Under the pieces are notes generated by a model. It searched no databases. It was given only the letters and a program-made list of their open reading frames with translations, and was not told the DNA's origin. DNA of 63,772 nt, the filler included, from Octopus bimaculoides (taxonomy: Eukaryota): NCBI RefSeq assembly GCF_001194135.2. It is 6 parts of 6 records of this genome, joined end to end, with 100 filler letters (N's around TTAATTAATTAA, not from the genome) between each part and the next. Parts side by side here need not be neighbours in the genome. Positions count along the whole stretch, not along the records: positions 38,223 to 50,571 come from NC_068985.1; positions 50,672 to 56,830 come from NC_068993.1; 4 more parts are not named here. One strand, written 5' to 3'. Of the stretch, positions 40,620 to 51,344 are shown in pieces. Both the position numbers and the translations under genes were made by a program. Position 1 is the first letter of the stretch, and each line of letters begins with the position of its first letter.

Positions 40620-42011
40620 TGTATGGATGATCTAGTGATACTGTTGGGGGAGGTTATGAAACAGATAGAAGAGATGGGCTATAAGTATTTGGGGATACTG
40701 GAAATGGTTAAATTGATGGAGAAAGAAATGACAGAAAAATTTAAGGTGGAGTACTTGCGCAAACTAAGACTGATCCCTAAGTTGAAAATAAGCGGACGGA
40801 ATAAGACTGAAGCTATCAATACCTGGACAGTTTCACTCCTTAGATATGGAGCAGGTGTAATCGCATGGACGGTGGCGAACTAAACAGCTTAAACAGAAAG
40901 ACAAGGAAGATGCTCATTAGATATGGGACACCCCACCCAAAACATGACTCAGACAGACTCTATGTACCACAAAAAAGAGGGGGAAGAAGACTAATTGGAT
41001 GTGGACATAGCATTACAGCAGAAGAAAACAACACAGCATGGTATGTAAAAATGCCACAGAACCACTATTATTGGAAGTAAGAAGGTCAGGCTTGTGTAGG
41101 ATGAAATAGTGCAAAGATAAAGCACTGTACAAGCAATTGAGAATGAATGAAACTGAAAATGGGTGGATAAAGAATGCCTGGACAATTTCATAGGGATATT
41201 GAAGATGAGATAGAGAAAAAAGTTGGCTGTCGATGACTAAAAGTGATTTAAAACCAGAAACGGAGGCTCTGTGCTGCCCAAGAGCAAGCATTTAGAACAA
41301 ACTACATAAAATACAGAATAGACAACACATCAGAAAGTGATAAGTGCAGAATCTGTGGACAAAATGGTCAAACCATATGGCATATTACCAGTTAATGTAT
41401 GCCACTAGCCCAGAAAGAATATAAGAGACGTCATGACAATATAGCAAGGATTGACAATTGGACACTTTGCAACAAGTATGGACTTCAGAGAGCAAAATAG
41501 TGGGAAGAACATAAACCTGAAGGCATCATCGGAAATGTTAATGCAAAGATCCTATGAGATTTTATGATTCAGTGCGACCATGAGATTGAGAATAGGAAAC
41601 CAAACATAGTCTTAATTGAGAAAGAAAGCAAATGATGCTGGATCATAGACATAGCATGCCCAGCTGACAACAAGGTATGTGATAAGGAAGAGAGAAAAGT
41701 CGAGAGATATGACAGGTTAGCTTGGGAGGTGAAGCAGTTGTGATCGATGAAAATGGTGGTAGTAGTACCAATAATTGTCAGAGCCCTGGGAACAGTGAGT
41801 AAAAATCTCGAAAAGTGCATGGAAAAAATAGGGGCTGCAATAAGGGTGAAGAACTTGCAGAACACAGCACTGCTTGGAACTGCTCGAATACTCCGGAAGA
41901 TGCTTGAAAAATAAGAGGTGTTACCTTAGTTGACTGGTGGTGAACAGCTGACACTGTAGTACATCTCCAGTGTTAGAAGGTGTGCAAAGGCAATAATAAT
42001 AATAATAATAA
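40620..42011 (+). mobile_element. 5'-truncated, decayed R4/Dong-type non-LTR retrotransposon (RT C-terminus, CCHC finger, restriction-like endonuclease) with (AAT)n tail
   Basis: Across frameshifts and stops: (C)MDDL at the YMDD box, YKYLGILE, AINTW..LLRYGAG, DRLYVP.KRGGR.L, EQAFRTNYIK..ID, CRICGQNGQTIWHITS*C (CCHC), KRRHDNIA, RKPNIVLIEK...WIIDIACP, VVPIIV.ALG, LQNTALLGTARILRKMLEK* (stop 41912-41914). Short 3'UTR, then (AAT)6 at 41992-42011. Confidence 0.9.
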
Positions 42012-42023
42012 CTATATCGAAGT

Positions 42024-42047
42024 TTAATATTTATGAAAATATTTATT
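42024..42047 (-). terminator. Polyadenylation signal candidates (AATAAA overlapping the stop codon, ATTAAA just downstream)
   Basis: Minus strand: GAC AAA TAA ATATTTTCATAAATATTAAAC. Confidence 0.4.
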
Positions 42048-45000
42048 TGTCATAATAAAAGAATGCAAAAGACTGACGTCCTGGAATAATTCCAAAAACC
42101 ATGAAAGAATCGTCTGAAATATGAAAACCAAGAACCTGGAAAACTTCATTGTCATCTTTCCTGAGAAGTAAATATTTTTGAATATCCTTCAATGTCAGAA
42201 TTTCAATGTCTTCAGATGTTTGCTGTTCAATATGTCCAGGTATTTGGTAAATATTGTTTTCTTTATCTGTTATATAAACACATTCACCAATTTTGGTTAG
42301 ACGAGGTCCTTGAATGTCATATTCCTGAAGATAATTTATTCCTTCTAATTTTATCCTCCTAACCAATGTCTTTTCCCTGAACCATTCCACAAAAGACAAA
42401 TTATCCAACCCTCCAAACTTGTTCTTCTTCCACTCCCTCTTCACAACAACAACATCACCAAAAGATGTAACCCCTACATCAACCACCACCTCTTCTCCCT
42501 CAAACCTTTCATATGTTCTCATCTTCACATGACACACTTCATATTTACATACCCCATCTTTGACATCAACTTTATCGACATAATAGGAGTCTCTAATATA
42601 ATGACCACCACACACGAGTTGATTGTCGTTGTATTTATATATCCTGTTGTAGTATTTCTCAGTTTTGATGGTTTTTAAACGACGGAGATCTCTGTTGAAG
42701 ACCATCATTTCTTTACCAAACACAACTATGAAATGATCATCTGTCCACTGACATATGTCCAGAGGTGGTTGTTGTGGTAGTTGTTTATGTTGAAGTATGT
42801 CACCTGTAGTTGTGCTGATTAATGTGACACTTTCTCTAAACATCAAGACACTGACATTGCCATCTAACATAATTAGTTTACTGTTCCAGTCCCTTAAGTC
42901 CCTGATGTCATAATTAACAGGTTCATTGAATGTAGGAATGGAAAGTGAGACCATTGCTGTTCTATGTGGCAGTCTTCTCACTGATATTTCATCATATCCT
43001 AACATAGTCTCTGCTATGTAATTATCACATCTCACCTTTAGTCTACCTTTACCAATTATTTTACCTGATTTACCTCTTCTTCTGCCTTTATCTCTATCTC
43101 CTCCACTGTAATTCAATTTACTCAATAGTTCCTTGTTCATCTGAGATGTAATGGAAGGGAAACAAAGACCAGAATCAAGATTTAATAAAGACACAGATTC
43201 CAGAATGTTCAGTTGGTCCCCATCAATCTTTATGCAATGACATTCAATCAATTCAATATGTACACACCAGTAAATATCCTCCTTTGTTCTCCATATTATA
43301 CCATAAGGTACTCGACTTTGCCAAACTTTATATTTCTGCAAATATTTTCGACTCAGTTGAAATATTTCTTTTCTTTTAGGAACTGTGGCCATTATGTCTC
43401 TTTTATGTGTAAAACACACACCACCAACAAAACTTGCAACATTTTGGTAACATAGTAACTTCCCAAATCTATTAAACATTTTAACATTTCCATTATTGGC
43501 TTTTTCACACACCACTATCTTTCCTTCATCAGAGATATCAATATCTTTTACTTGAACAGAGTATTTGTCTGTTTGTAAACGAGAAACAGAGAAGCTTTCT
43601 CGGTTGATCATGAAATATCCTTCCACATACAATTCATTCTCTCTTTTCCATTCCTTGTGGCTTCCAACGAACCTTGGTCCTTTACAGTTTATACTGAGGA
43701 AATATACTTCATCGTTATACATTCTTCTATTTAAAAATATTCCCTTGTATTCCCCAGTCTGTGTCAAACGCACAACATTTTTGTACCCAAACAAACCTAA
43801 ATCTTTATCCCACCCACCATGGATGTACAAATAGCTGTCATCAGTTGTCATCTTGTCTTCACCAATATCATACTTCATGTAGTGTGTAACTGTATGTAAA
43901 TATTGACCATCACTGTTGAAAAAAATGATGGATTTTCCGTTGCGAACAATGATGACATCAACGTTAACTGTAATATCGTCGATGACATTAATACAATTTC
44001 CATCTATGTCTCTCGTTAATAATGTTTCAGGTATGTCTATTTGTTTTATTTCATTCACAGTGAAATGTATTTCATCAATATCAATGAAATACAAATGACA
44101 TTCATCTCTTAACTTACTACAAACCATCTGATTGTTTGATAAAGAAGCGATACATTTATATTCATTTCTCGTCTGGTAAAGTAACACAGACAATGGGAAG
44201 TCTACTTTTAATGTCAACAGTTGGTATTTATTACCAGAATAATCCCCAGTCGTAATAACCAGTGTGTTTGACTTCCATTGACACATTTTAATAAATTCAT
44301 AAACTTTCAGTTTGAGAGAATCCAAAAGTTGACCGTCAAATGTGAATATCTTAATGCTTGTATTATCCTTGTCGCATCCCGCAATCAGGTTATTTTCAGT
44401 AATAACCAAACAGTCAATCTCCATCGGTTCTTCGTCTCCCGAACACTGAGGGAGATGAATATGTCTTGCTTTATCAGAAACTGTCAGATCCTGTAGATAT
44501 GATATAGAAGATAACATTTCACTGACACAAATCTTTCTTGAAAATATATCTACTAAGTCAAAATGAGTATTTAGTTGATTACTTGTAATGAGATCATTAA
44601 CCAACAAATTATGATCATTTATAGCAAATATACAGCTGTTCTCTATCAGATAAACAAATAATTTATCAATAGATCCACCATAGAGATTGGTGGGGCGTTT
44701 CACTTGGGACAGTAAAACACTAGGGTCCATCTTAATACTACAAAGCCGAGGACCACCACCACCACCACCACGTATTGTAGTTTTGAACTGAAAAGCTTTA
44801 CCCTTAATAACAATTAATAGCTTTCGTGTTTCCTTTTGTATTGATAATGATTTCACAAAAAAAGGAATATTAATTGTCTTAATTGTTTCAACTTGATTAT
44901 GATATTTAATGGCTAAAATATCTAAATGTGATGGTTTATCAGAATAACAAACAATTTCACCTTCACCCATCTTACACACCCGTACATAAGGCTGACTAAA

Positions 45001-47031
45001 CGATATACTTCTAATTGTCTTTGATAGGTTTCCGATGACCCTTAATTGTTTCTCTAGGGGTAATGTGACACCTATTTGATTAGAATCCCATCTACATATA
45101 TCTGTAGCTGTAGATGGCAGAGATAATCTGGACACAATGTCTCCTCCATTAGAAATGTATAATAGACAATCATTGTTAATGTCAGACACCACCAACTGTC
45201 CATTTGTCAGATGACATATTTCAGCAATGACAACTTTGTCATTCTCTTTATCTTTGAGTCGTAGATTTAGATTTCTGATATAAGGATTTTTCATATGTAA
45301 ACAACAGCCAGAGAAGTCATGAAACTTGTAAAAAAGAACCTTGTTGAGTTCAACATCCGGGACATAAACAGTTCCTTGGAAAATTGCAATGTGAGGGTGA
45401 ACAGAGAAAGGTACTTTCCACTGCCATTTAATTTCTCCATATATATCGTAACATATCACAGTTGATTGTCGCTTGAATAGGACATAAAAATAAACATTAT
45501 CAGAGTAGATGTCATGAGGGTAGCCATAGAATGGAAGGTATTTTTCAAAAAGTTCTTCACTGAATGTTGAATAAAAAACCAGTTTATTTTCCCTTCCATC
45601 TAAGACTACAAAATTAATTGGAGTTGCAGCAATGGTGACATTATAATGTCCCAGAGAAATTCTTTCTATAATGTCAATTTTGTCATCCTTGATCAATAGG
45701 ATATGTACCTCGTTTTTGTTTTTACTGGTGGTCAGAGCTAAACACTTATTTGATACAATGTGACATATTTTAATGTAATCAGTGTGGACATTTATTAAAG
45801 GGCCTTTGCTTAGTTCAGGACAGGTGATATACTGAAGTCCTTTCATTTCACGATAAAGGACCAGAAATCTGCTTGAGTTTATTCTACAAAAGACAGAAGG
45901 TGTCTCAAGGAAAGTTAAATTATTTTGGCTAATTATTTCCCCAGTATCAGTAAATAACATAGCTTTCTTATTCCTACAGACTATTAATATTGAAGATGTA
46001 GACATAGGTAGAATATTTGTAATGTTATAGCAATCTTCAATATAGATATGGTGTTTCAAACTGGGGGTATGTAGCTGGTGGTTGTATGACAGCTTGGGCC
46101 AAAAGTCTTTATTTGTTCTAATGGCATGAGTTATGCCAAAGCAGTCTATTACCAAAATGGTATCTTTACCAACAGATATAGAGCGGCATTTCCTGCCAAT
46201 GTCTCTCTTTGTCACACCACCTTTCGCTGAAATTCTATAAATAATATGTCCTTGGAGGACATAGAAATAGCTTTGGTACAGTGAGATTTTACTAGGGATG
46301 TCCAGCATGTAGGTTCCTACCTCCCATAACTGTTGACCATCCACATTATAACAAATTATTCTGTTTATACTGGAAAAGGATAATAAGAGTTTATTTTGAG
46401 CTCCTACAGCAATATCTGTAGGTGATTCTTTGGTAATGAATTCATATTTTATTCTATTTTCTTCCCAATCAATGCAGTAAATGGTCTTACCAAACATTTC
46501 TACACCTATAATTGTAGAATGTTCAAAGTAAGACACTAAATATAATCCAAGTTGCATCGTTTTGATCTTAAAACTTGTGGGGCTAATTGAAAGAATCATT
46601 TTCCGGAAGGGGATGGTTGCTAGAACCATGTCTTGACTGATTCTGGTGAAATCGGTCACAGAAGATGGGCAATGAACATTATTTCTGTCACCATCTCTTG
46701 TCATACAACATACTGTCATACAATTGTGGGAATATGTTACTAATCCTTCTTGTATGATAACAATATTGGATATTGTGTTGTCAATGTCTTTATCGGATTC
46801 ATTGATCTTTGCTTCTTTGGTCAGAACTGGCCAAACAGGCCGAAATTTTGTACTTATTTTTTGTGCCTCAATGGTCTTCTGCTGCCTTCGATTTATTTCC
46901 TTCTGTTCATGCTCTCCTTTATGTCTCTTCTCTTTTGACAGAGATGAAGTTCGTCTCTGTGACATCTCTCTCCTGGAATCATCATCTCTCCCATATCTAC
47001 AATTTTTTTTATCAACTGCTTCTTCATCCAT
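42043..47031 (-). CDS. Large single-exon-CDS protein (1662 aa): charged N-terminal arm plus six tandem NHL/TolB-like six-bladed beta-propeller-type modules
   Basis: 4989-nt ORF without stops in AT-rich DNA and not low-complexity. Start context AAAAATGG, with in-frame stops upstream in the same exon. Recurring blade motifs at about 220-290 aa spacing: PSSVTDFTRISQDMVLATIPFRKMI (aa~122), ETPSVFCRINSSRFLVL (~376), PSTATDICRWDSNQIGVTLPLEKQL (~639), FIKMCQWKSNTLVIT (~913), FVGGVCFTHKRDIMATVPKRKEI (~1201), QPPLDICQWTDDHFIVV (~1421). These resemble the C-terminal propeller of mollusc TRIM/NHL-like proteins. The fold is assigned by pattern only. Confidence 0.85.
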   Translation of the reverse strand: MDEEAVDKKNCRYGRDDDSRREMSQRRTSSLSKEKRHKGEHEQKEINRRQQKTIEAQKISTKFRPVWPVLTKEAKINESDKDIDNTISNIVIIQEGLVTYSHNCMTVCCMTRDGDRNNVHCPSSVTDFTRISQDMVLATIPFRKMILSISPTSFKIKTMQLGLYLVSYFEHSTIIGVEMFGKTIYCIDWEENRIKYEFITKESPTDIAVGAQNKLLLSFSSINRIICYNVDGQQLWEVGTYMLDIPSKISLYQSYFYVLQGHIIYRISAKGGVTKRDIGRKCRSISVGKDTILVIDCFGITHAIRTNKDFWPKLSYNHQLHTPSLKHHIYIEDCYNITNILPMSTSSILIVCRNKKAMLFTDTGEIISQNNLTFLETPSVFCRINSSRFLVLYREMKGLQYITCPELSKGPLINVHTDYIKICHIVSNKCLALTTSKNKNEVHILLIKDDKIDIIERISLGHYNVTIAATPINFVVLDGRENKLVFYSTFSEELFEKYLPFYGYPHDIYSDNVYFYVLFKRQSTVICYDIYGEIKWQWKVPFSVHPHIAIFQGTVYVPDVELNKVLFYKFHDFSGCCLHMKNPYIRNLNLRLKDKENDKVVIAEICHLTNGQLVVSDINNDCLLYISNGGDIVSRLSLPSTATDICRWDSNQIGVTLPLEKQLRVIGNLSKTIRSISFSQPYVRVCKMGEGEIVCYSDKPSHLDILAIKYHNQVETIKTINIPFFVKSLSIQKETRKLLIVIKGKAFQFKTTIRGGGGGGPRLCSIKMDPSVLLSQVKRPTNLYGGSIDKLFVYLIENSCIFAINDHNLLVNDLITSNQLNTHFDLVDIFSRKICVSEMLSSISYLQDLTVSDKARHIHLPQCSGDEEPMEIDCLVITENNLIAGCDKDNTSIKIFTFDGQLLDSLKLKVYEFIKMCQWKSNTLVITTGDYSGNKYQLLTLKVDFPLSVLLYQTRNEYKCIASLSNNQMVCSKLRDECHLYFIDIDEIHFTVNEIKQIDIPETLLTRDIDGNCINVIDDITVNVDVIIVRNGKSIIFFNSDGQYLHTVTHYMKYDIGEDKMTTDDSYLYIHGGWDKDLGLFGYKNVVRLTQTGEYKGIFLNRRMYNDEVYFLSINCKGPRFVGSHKEWKRENELYVEGYFMINRESFSVSRLQTDKYSVQVKDIDISDEGKIVVCEKANNGNVKMFNRFGKLLCYQNVASFVGGVCFTHKRDIMATVPKRKEIFQLSRKYLQKYKVWQSRVPYGIIWRTKEDIYWCVHIELIECHCIKIDGDQLNILESVSLLNLDSGLCFPSITSQMNKELLSKLNYSGGDRDKGRRRGKSGKIIGKGRLKVRCDNYIAETMLGYDEISVRRLPHRTAMVSLSIPTFNEPVNYDIRDLRDWNSKLIMLDGNVSVLMFRESVTLISTTTGDILQHKQLPQQPPLDICQWTDDHFIVVFGKEMMVFNRDLRRLKTIKTEKYYNRIYKYNDNQLVCGGHYIRDSYYVDKVDVKDGVCKYEVCHVKMRTYERFEGEEVVVDVGVTSFGDVVVVKREWKKNKFGGLDNLSFVEWFREKTLVRRIKLEGINYLQEYDIQGPRLTKIGECVYITDKENNIYQIPGHIEQQTSEDIEILTLKDIQKYLLLRKDDNEVFQVLGFHISDDSFMVFGIIPGRQSFAFFYYDK

Positions 47032-47111
47032 TTTTCTTGTTCAGCCCCAAGTGGCTCCTTTCTGACGGGTGTGTTCTTAAAGTATTTCCCGTCTAGCTTT
47101 CGATAGTGAAT

Positions 47112-47140
47112 CTATAAAGAAATACAAGAAAAACATGTAG
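47112..47140 (-). promoter_or_regulatory. Splice acceptor 80 nt upstream of the ATG (5'-UTR intron)
   Basis: Minus strand reads CTACATGTTTTTCTTGTATTTCTTTATAG|ATTCAC: a polypyrimidine tract plus TAG, with the exon starting at 47111. Confidence 0.6.
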
Positions 47141-47723
47141 CTTTGTGAAAATATTAAAGTTTGACAGAGATGAATACTTCATTATTTTAAATGTACAAAC
47201 AATAAATTTCTGTATTTCTGTCAGTGTATTTAGTTAGTCTTATTAATATCTAAAGACATTTTGGAGTGGGAGGGAATAATAATGATTAGAAATAAACATC
47301 TTATTACAATACAGTTTCATTAATTAACTGGTGTCTAAATATTAGCATTAATTATATTCACTGAAAATTATGTTTTCAACATCACAAAGTAATAGTCATG
47401 TGTGTTTTAGATTTATTTATCGATAATTAGTCAAAGAGATTCCCCTGCGCCAAAAGTACTCGATAACAAGACACTCTAAGCTATAGAGAAAATTAACTTT
47501 CATTGCTATACATACTATATCATGTCCCAACATACAGCAATCATGTTCAATCTTCGTTAACATGGAACAATTAGCAAAACAGACTTTATGTTTCACAGAC
47601 AAATGTCAGATACAAGACAGACTGAACATTTTGCTAGTTAGATGGAATATTAATAATATTTATGATTATATATACTAGAAATGATGTGACAGTCATGGTT
47701 GGTTTGGCTTCCAACATATTTAC

Positions 47724-47771
47724 CTGGATTAAGAAATATCAATAAAGCTGGAGATGAAACTGGTTCTTAAC
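47724..47771 (-). other. Candidate 48-nt non-coding 5'-UTR exon of the propeller gene
   Basis: Minus strand: TTTGTCAG|GTTAAGAACC...TTAATCCAG|GTAAAT, a canonical acceptor and donor pair upstream of the 47112 acceptor. No transcript evidence. Confidence 0.3.
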
Positions 47772-49344
47772 CTGACAAATGCTGTAAATCACTTAGCAGT
47801 TCAATATAATCCATACAATTATCATACACAGTATTTATAAAATTTGGAAAGCTTATCCAAAGATCGGGTTTAATGTAGTCACACTGATACACAGCGTGTT
47901 GAGACGATCATTATTATTTGTTAATGATTGAGATAATAAAGTTTGGTTAATGAAGAAGCCCAATTAATGAAAGTAAGTTCATCTTAATTATATTCAAAAG
48001 ACAATGTTTAGGTTGTAATGAGAAACAGGTGTTTGTATGTAAAAGGGGCCAGTGAAGTGTGTTTTGTTTTGGTTTAGGGGAGGAGATATAACTTGGTGTA
48101 GTTTATTATGAAGTATTGGGGGTTTAGTGATTTTGATTAGGAAATATTGTTGGGGTGTTTAATGATATTCTGCTGAAACATCATCATCATCATCATCATC
48201 AAATATATTCTCCACCTCCTACTTGGCCTATAAAAAAATGACTGTTAATCAATTGACCCCAGGAGGAATGAAAAGTAAAAATGACCTTCTTTTAGGTGTC
48301 TCCTCTCTGAATATACATCGACTAAACAACAACATATCTTTTGAAAAAAAAACTGGATAAGACTATGTTGTTTTTGTTGTTATTGTTGAAAACAAATTTT
48401 GTATATAAGGAAAACCAGATAATTGCAAATATTTCAACTGTAAAATTAAATTGGAATTAATGTTTATGTTTCATTTGTACCATTCTACTTAGTTTATTTT
48501 GGGGAAGAAAAACCTACAAAAACTCTCATAATAATTATATTAGACTTTAATCTAATTGTACATATACATACATGTATATATATGAATGAATGTGTATAAT
48601 ATATACACAAACAAACATGCACATATATATATATTTTTACATCCATACATATGTATGTATGATGATCATCATTTTACCCCCACTTCCCATGCTGTAATGG
48701 GTTGGATGGTTCAAAGAATATCTTGCCTGAAGTTACATTTTCTGGATTTCCTTCTAACACCATCCACTGCACAAGGTGCACTGGGTGCATCTTATGGGAC
48801 CATCGCTAGAGACGATTTCCATGTCCTTGACAAAACTAATGTTCCTCCTTGATCTTTGGGCTTTACATATACCTAGGGATTGGTGAGAAATCTAGGGTAA
48901 TAAATATATGGAAAGGAGGGGTTGAGTGTTGGGGAGAGACTCAGGTAGGTCCAGTAACATCCCTAGTTTCACTGGAAGAATGGTGAAGAGAAGAGATTTA
49001 CTGCCATTCTTTGTTCAGCAATAAGATAGTAGAGTAAAAAGAAGAAGAGAGAGTGATTGAGAGATGAAAGCTAGGGGTAGGGGTGATAGGGGCATGGCAG
49101 TAGGGTCACAGGTGTCAGTGACATAGGGGATGTGAAGAATGTGATATTGGAAGTGAATGATAAGTTATGTGTGTTAGAGGGATGAGTGATAGGAGTGTGA
49201 TTAATATCAGAGAGTAGCAAAAAAGGGTGAGGGAGTAGACTTTATATGCATACATACATTCATACATACATACATATGTATTCATCCATGCTGGAGCACC
49301 ACCTTTACCCAAGCAACATGTTATCAACATGATAGTTAATAGCT

Positions 49345-49935
49345 GGTGCAGTCGACTTGGTGCTTTGCTGCCTCCTCCAGTGTCTGATCGCAGTGAGCAT
49401 CATCCTCCAGTAGTCCATGTTTGGTGTCGGCTTCTCTGTAGGTCATTCAGACTCCCCATTGTGTCTTCGAAGGCCTAACAGCGGGCAGCAGTAGATGCAG
49501 AAAGAAGCACTTCTGCTGATTAGGGTGCACAGTGTACACCCGCCTGATGGCGCCCACTTCCGACGACAGCATTTTCTTTCCAGCCCTCAACGCGTGTTCC
49601 TTGCTTGCATCTGTTCCATCTATTGTGTGCCCAGATACAGGAAATGGGAACCTCAACATACAACAGTGTTCGGGCAAACAGATCACATTGGCATGATTTG
49701 AAGAAAGCTGTCAAAGTGGTTTCAGGTTGATTCGGAACTACGTTTCGAGCATTGTATTTTGTGAAATATACACACTGGCCATTTTCAATATGTACAGACA
49801 GATTAACTACTGTTGGATGGTGCTCGTGGATTTTGAAGCCTTCGTTAGAGGAAATATACCTGCTCAATTTCTATTGCTGAATTTCATCTGCTTGCCTGCC
49901 CTCATGTTCAAGTTCAAAAACCACCATATCTGAGC
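49345..49935 (-). mobile_element. Helitron Rep/helicase fragment (pseudogenic)
   Basis: DMVVFE...DEIQQ*..RYISSNE, HPTVVNLSVHIENGQCVYFT, PETTLTAFF..CQ.D.FARTLLY.EVP, IRRVYTVHPNQQKCFFL.LLL, GLLEDDAHCDQTLEEAA: characteristic RepHel inter-domain motifs. Confidence 0.85.
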
Positions 49936-50725
49936 CCTTATTGATGTATCTACATACATATTTAATACTCTTTATAGAGTTGCATGACTCAATATTAACA
50001 TGGGCCTGTCATATTTTAGACAATGGGTTGTAGGGCACGATACACCTGTTGCAAATTTCCATCCCTTGACCATTTATCTTTGAGATCGGTAGTGTTTAGG
50101 ATGATCACAAGAAAATGAATGGATTATTTCCCTTGGCTACGAAAATGAATGGGTTATTTCCCTTGGCTGTTATAGGAAAATATATTGGTTTTATATGTGG
50201 ACCCATTCTAAGGGCCTTAGCCTTCAAATTATACATTTTTTAGTAACAAACTGGACATCACTTTAACATGTTTGCAATGTTTCGCGAAAATTCGTTTACG
50301 AGTGTAGAAGGCAACTTGACACAAACGGACATTGAGACAACTTGCGTTTAGCTATTCTTTTTTTATTTTTATTTTTTTACCCCCCCCCCGTCCCCTTTAC
50401 ATTATATCCATTATTCTCTTGTTATTACACTCGCTACATTTTTCCACTTTTTATCTCACCCCTACCTACACGCACACATACCCACACACAAAAAATACAC
50501 GCACCCATACACACACATGTAAGCACACCTACCCCCAACACACCACATACACACAACACATATGCATGCACNNNNNNNNNNNNNNNNNNNNNNNNNNNNN
50601 NNNNNNNNNNNNNNNTTAATTAATTAANNNNNNNNNNNNNNNNNNNNNNNNNNNNNNNNNNNNNNNNNNNNACGAAGGAAACAGGTTAATGTTTAGTTAG
50701 AAGGAAGAAAGAAAAGAAGGAAATA

Positions 50726-50765
<40 letters not shown>

Positions 50766-51344
50766 AATGGAAGAAAAAGAAAATAAACAGGACAAAAGAA
50801 ATAATGATGGTAAGTTAAAATCAGAGAGAGAGAGAGGGGGAGGGGAGAAGAGAGAGAGGGAGAAGAGTGAGAGAGGAAGAAGAGAAAGAAAAGAGAGAGA
50901 AAGAACAGGTGAGACATTCTAAGCGAGAGTCTGAGAGAGAAAGAGAAAGTAAGAGAGAATGAAAGAGAGAGAGAAAATGTGTGAGTATGTGTGTGTGTGT
51001 GTTTGTGTGTGTGTTTGTATGTGTGCGTGTTTGTGTGTGTGTGTGTGTATGTGTGTGTGTGTGTGTGTGTGTTTGTGTTTGTGTGTGTGTGTGTTTGCAA
51101 ATTATTGAAAGAATAAGAAAATGAAAAAATTAACAGCAAAAAAGTTTGTTTTTAAAAAAAAAATTGATTTTTCTTTTTTTTTTTTTTGCAGCAGACTGGA
51201 ATAAGTTATCAATATTTATTGATATATAATACTGTCTCTATTTTATAAAATTAATTGGCGGAAACAAAAAAAAAATGTTGAAATACAGAAAGAATAAAAT
51301 GGTATAAACCAAATAATGGTGTCTAAATAGCCAGCAACAACTAC

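Noticed and set aside
43213-47096. Plus-strand ORFs overlapping the large gene
   Set aside because: Antisense shadows of a long coding sequence.
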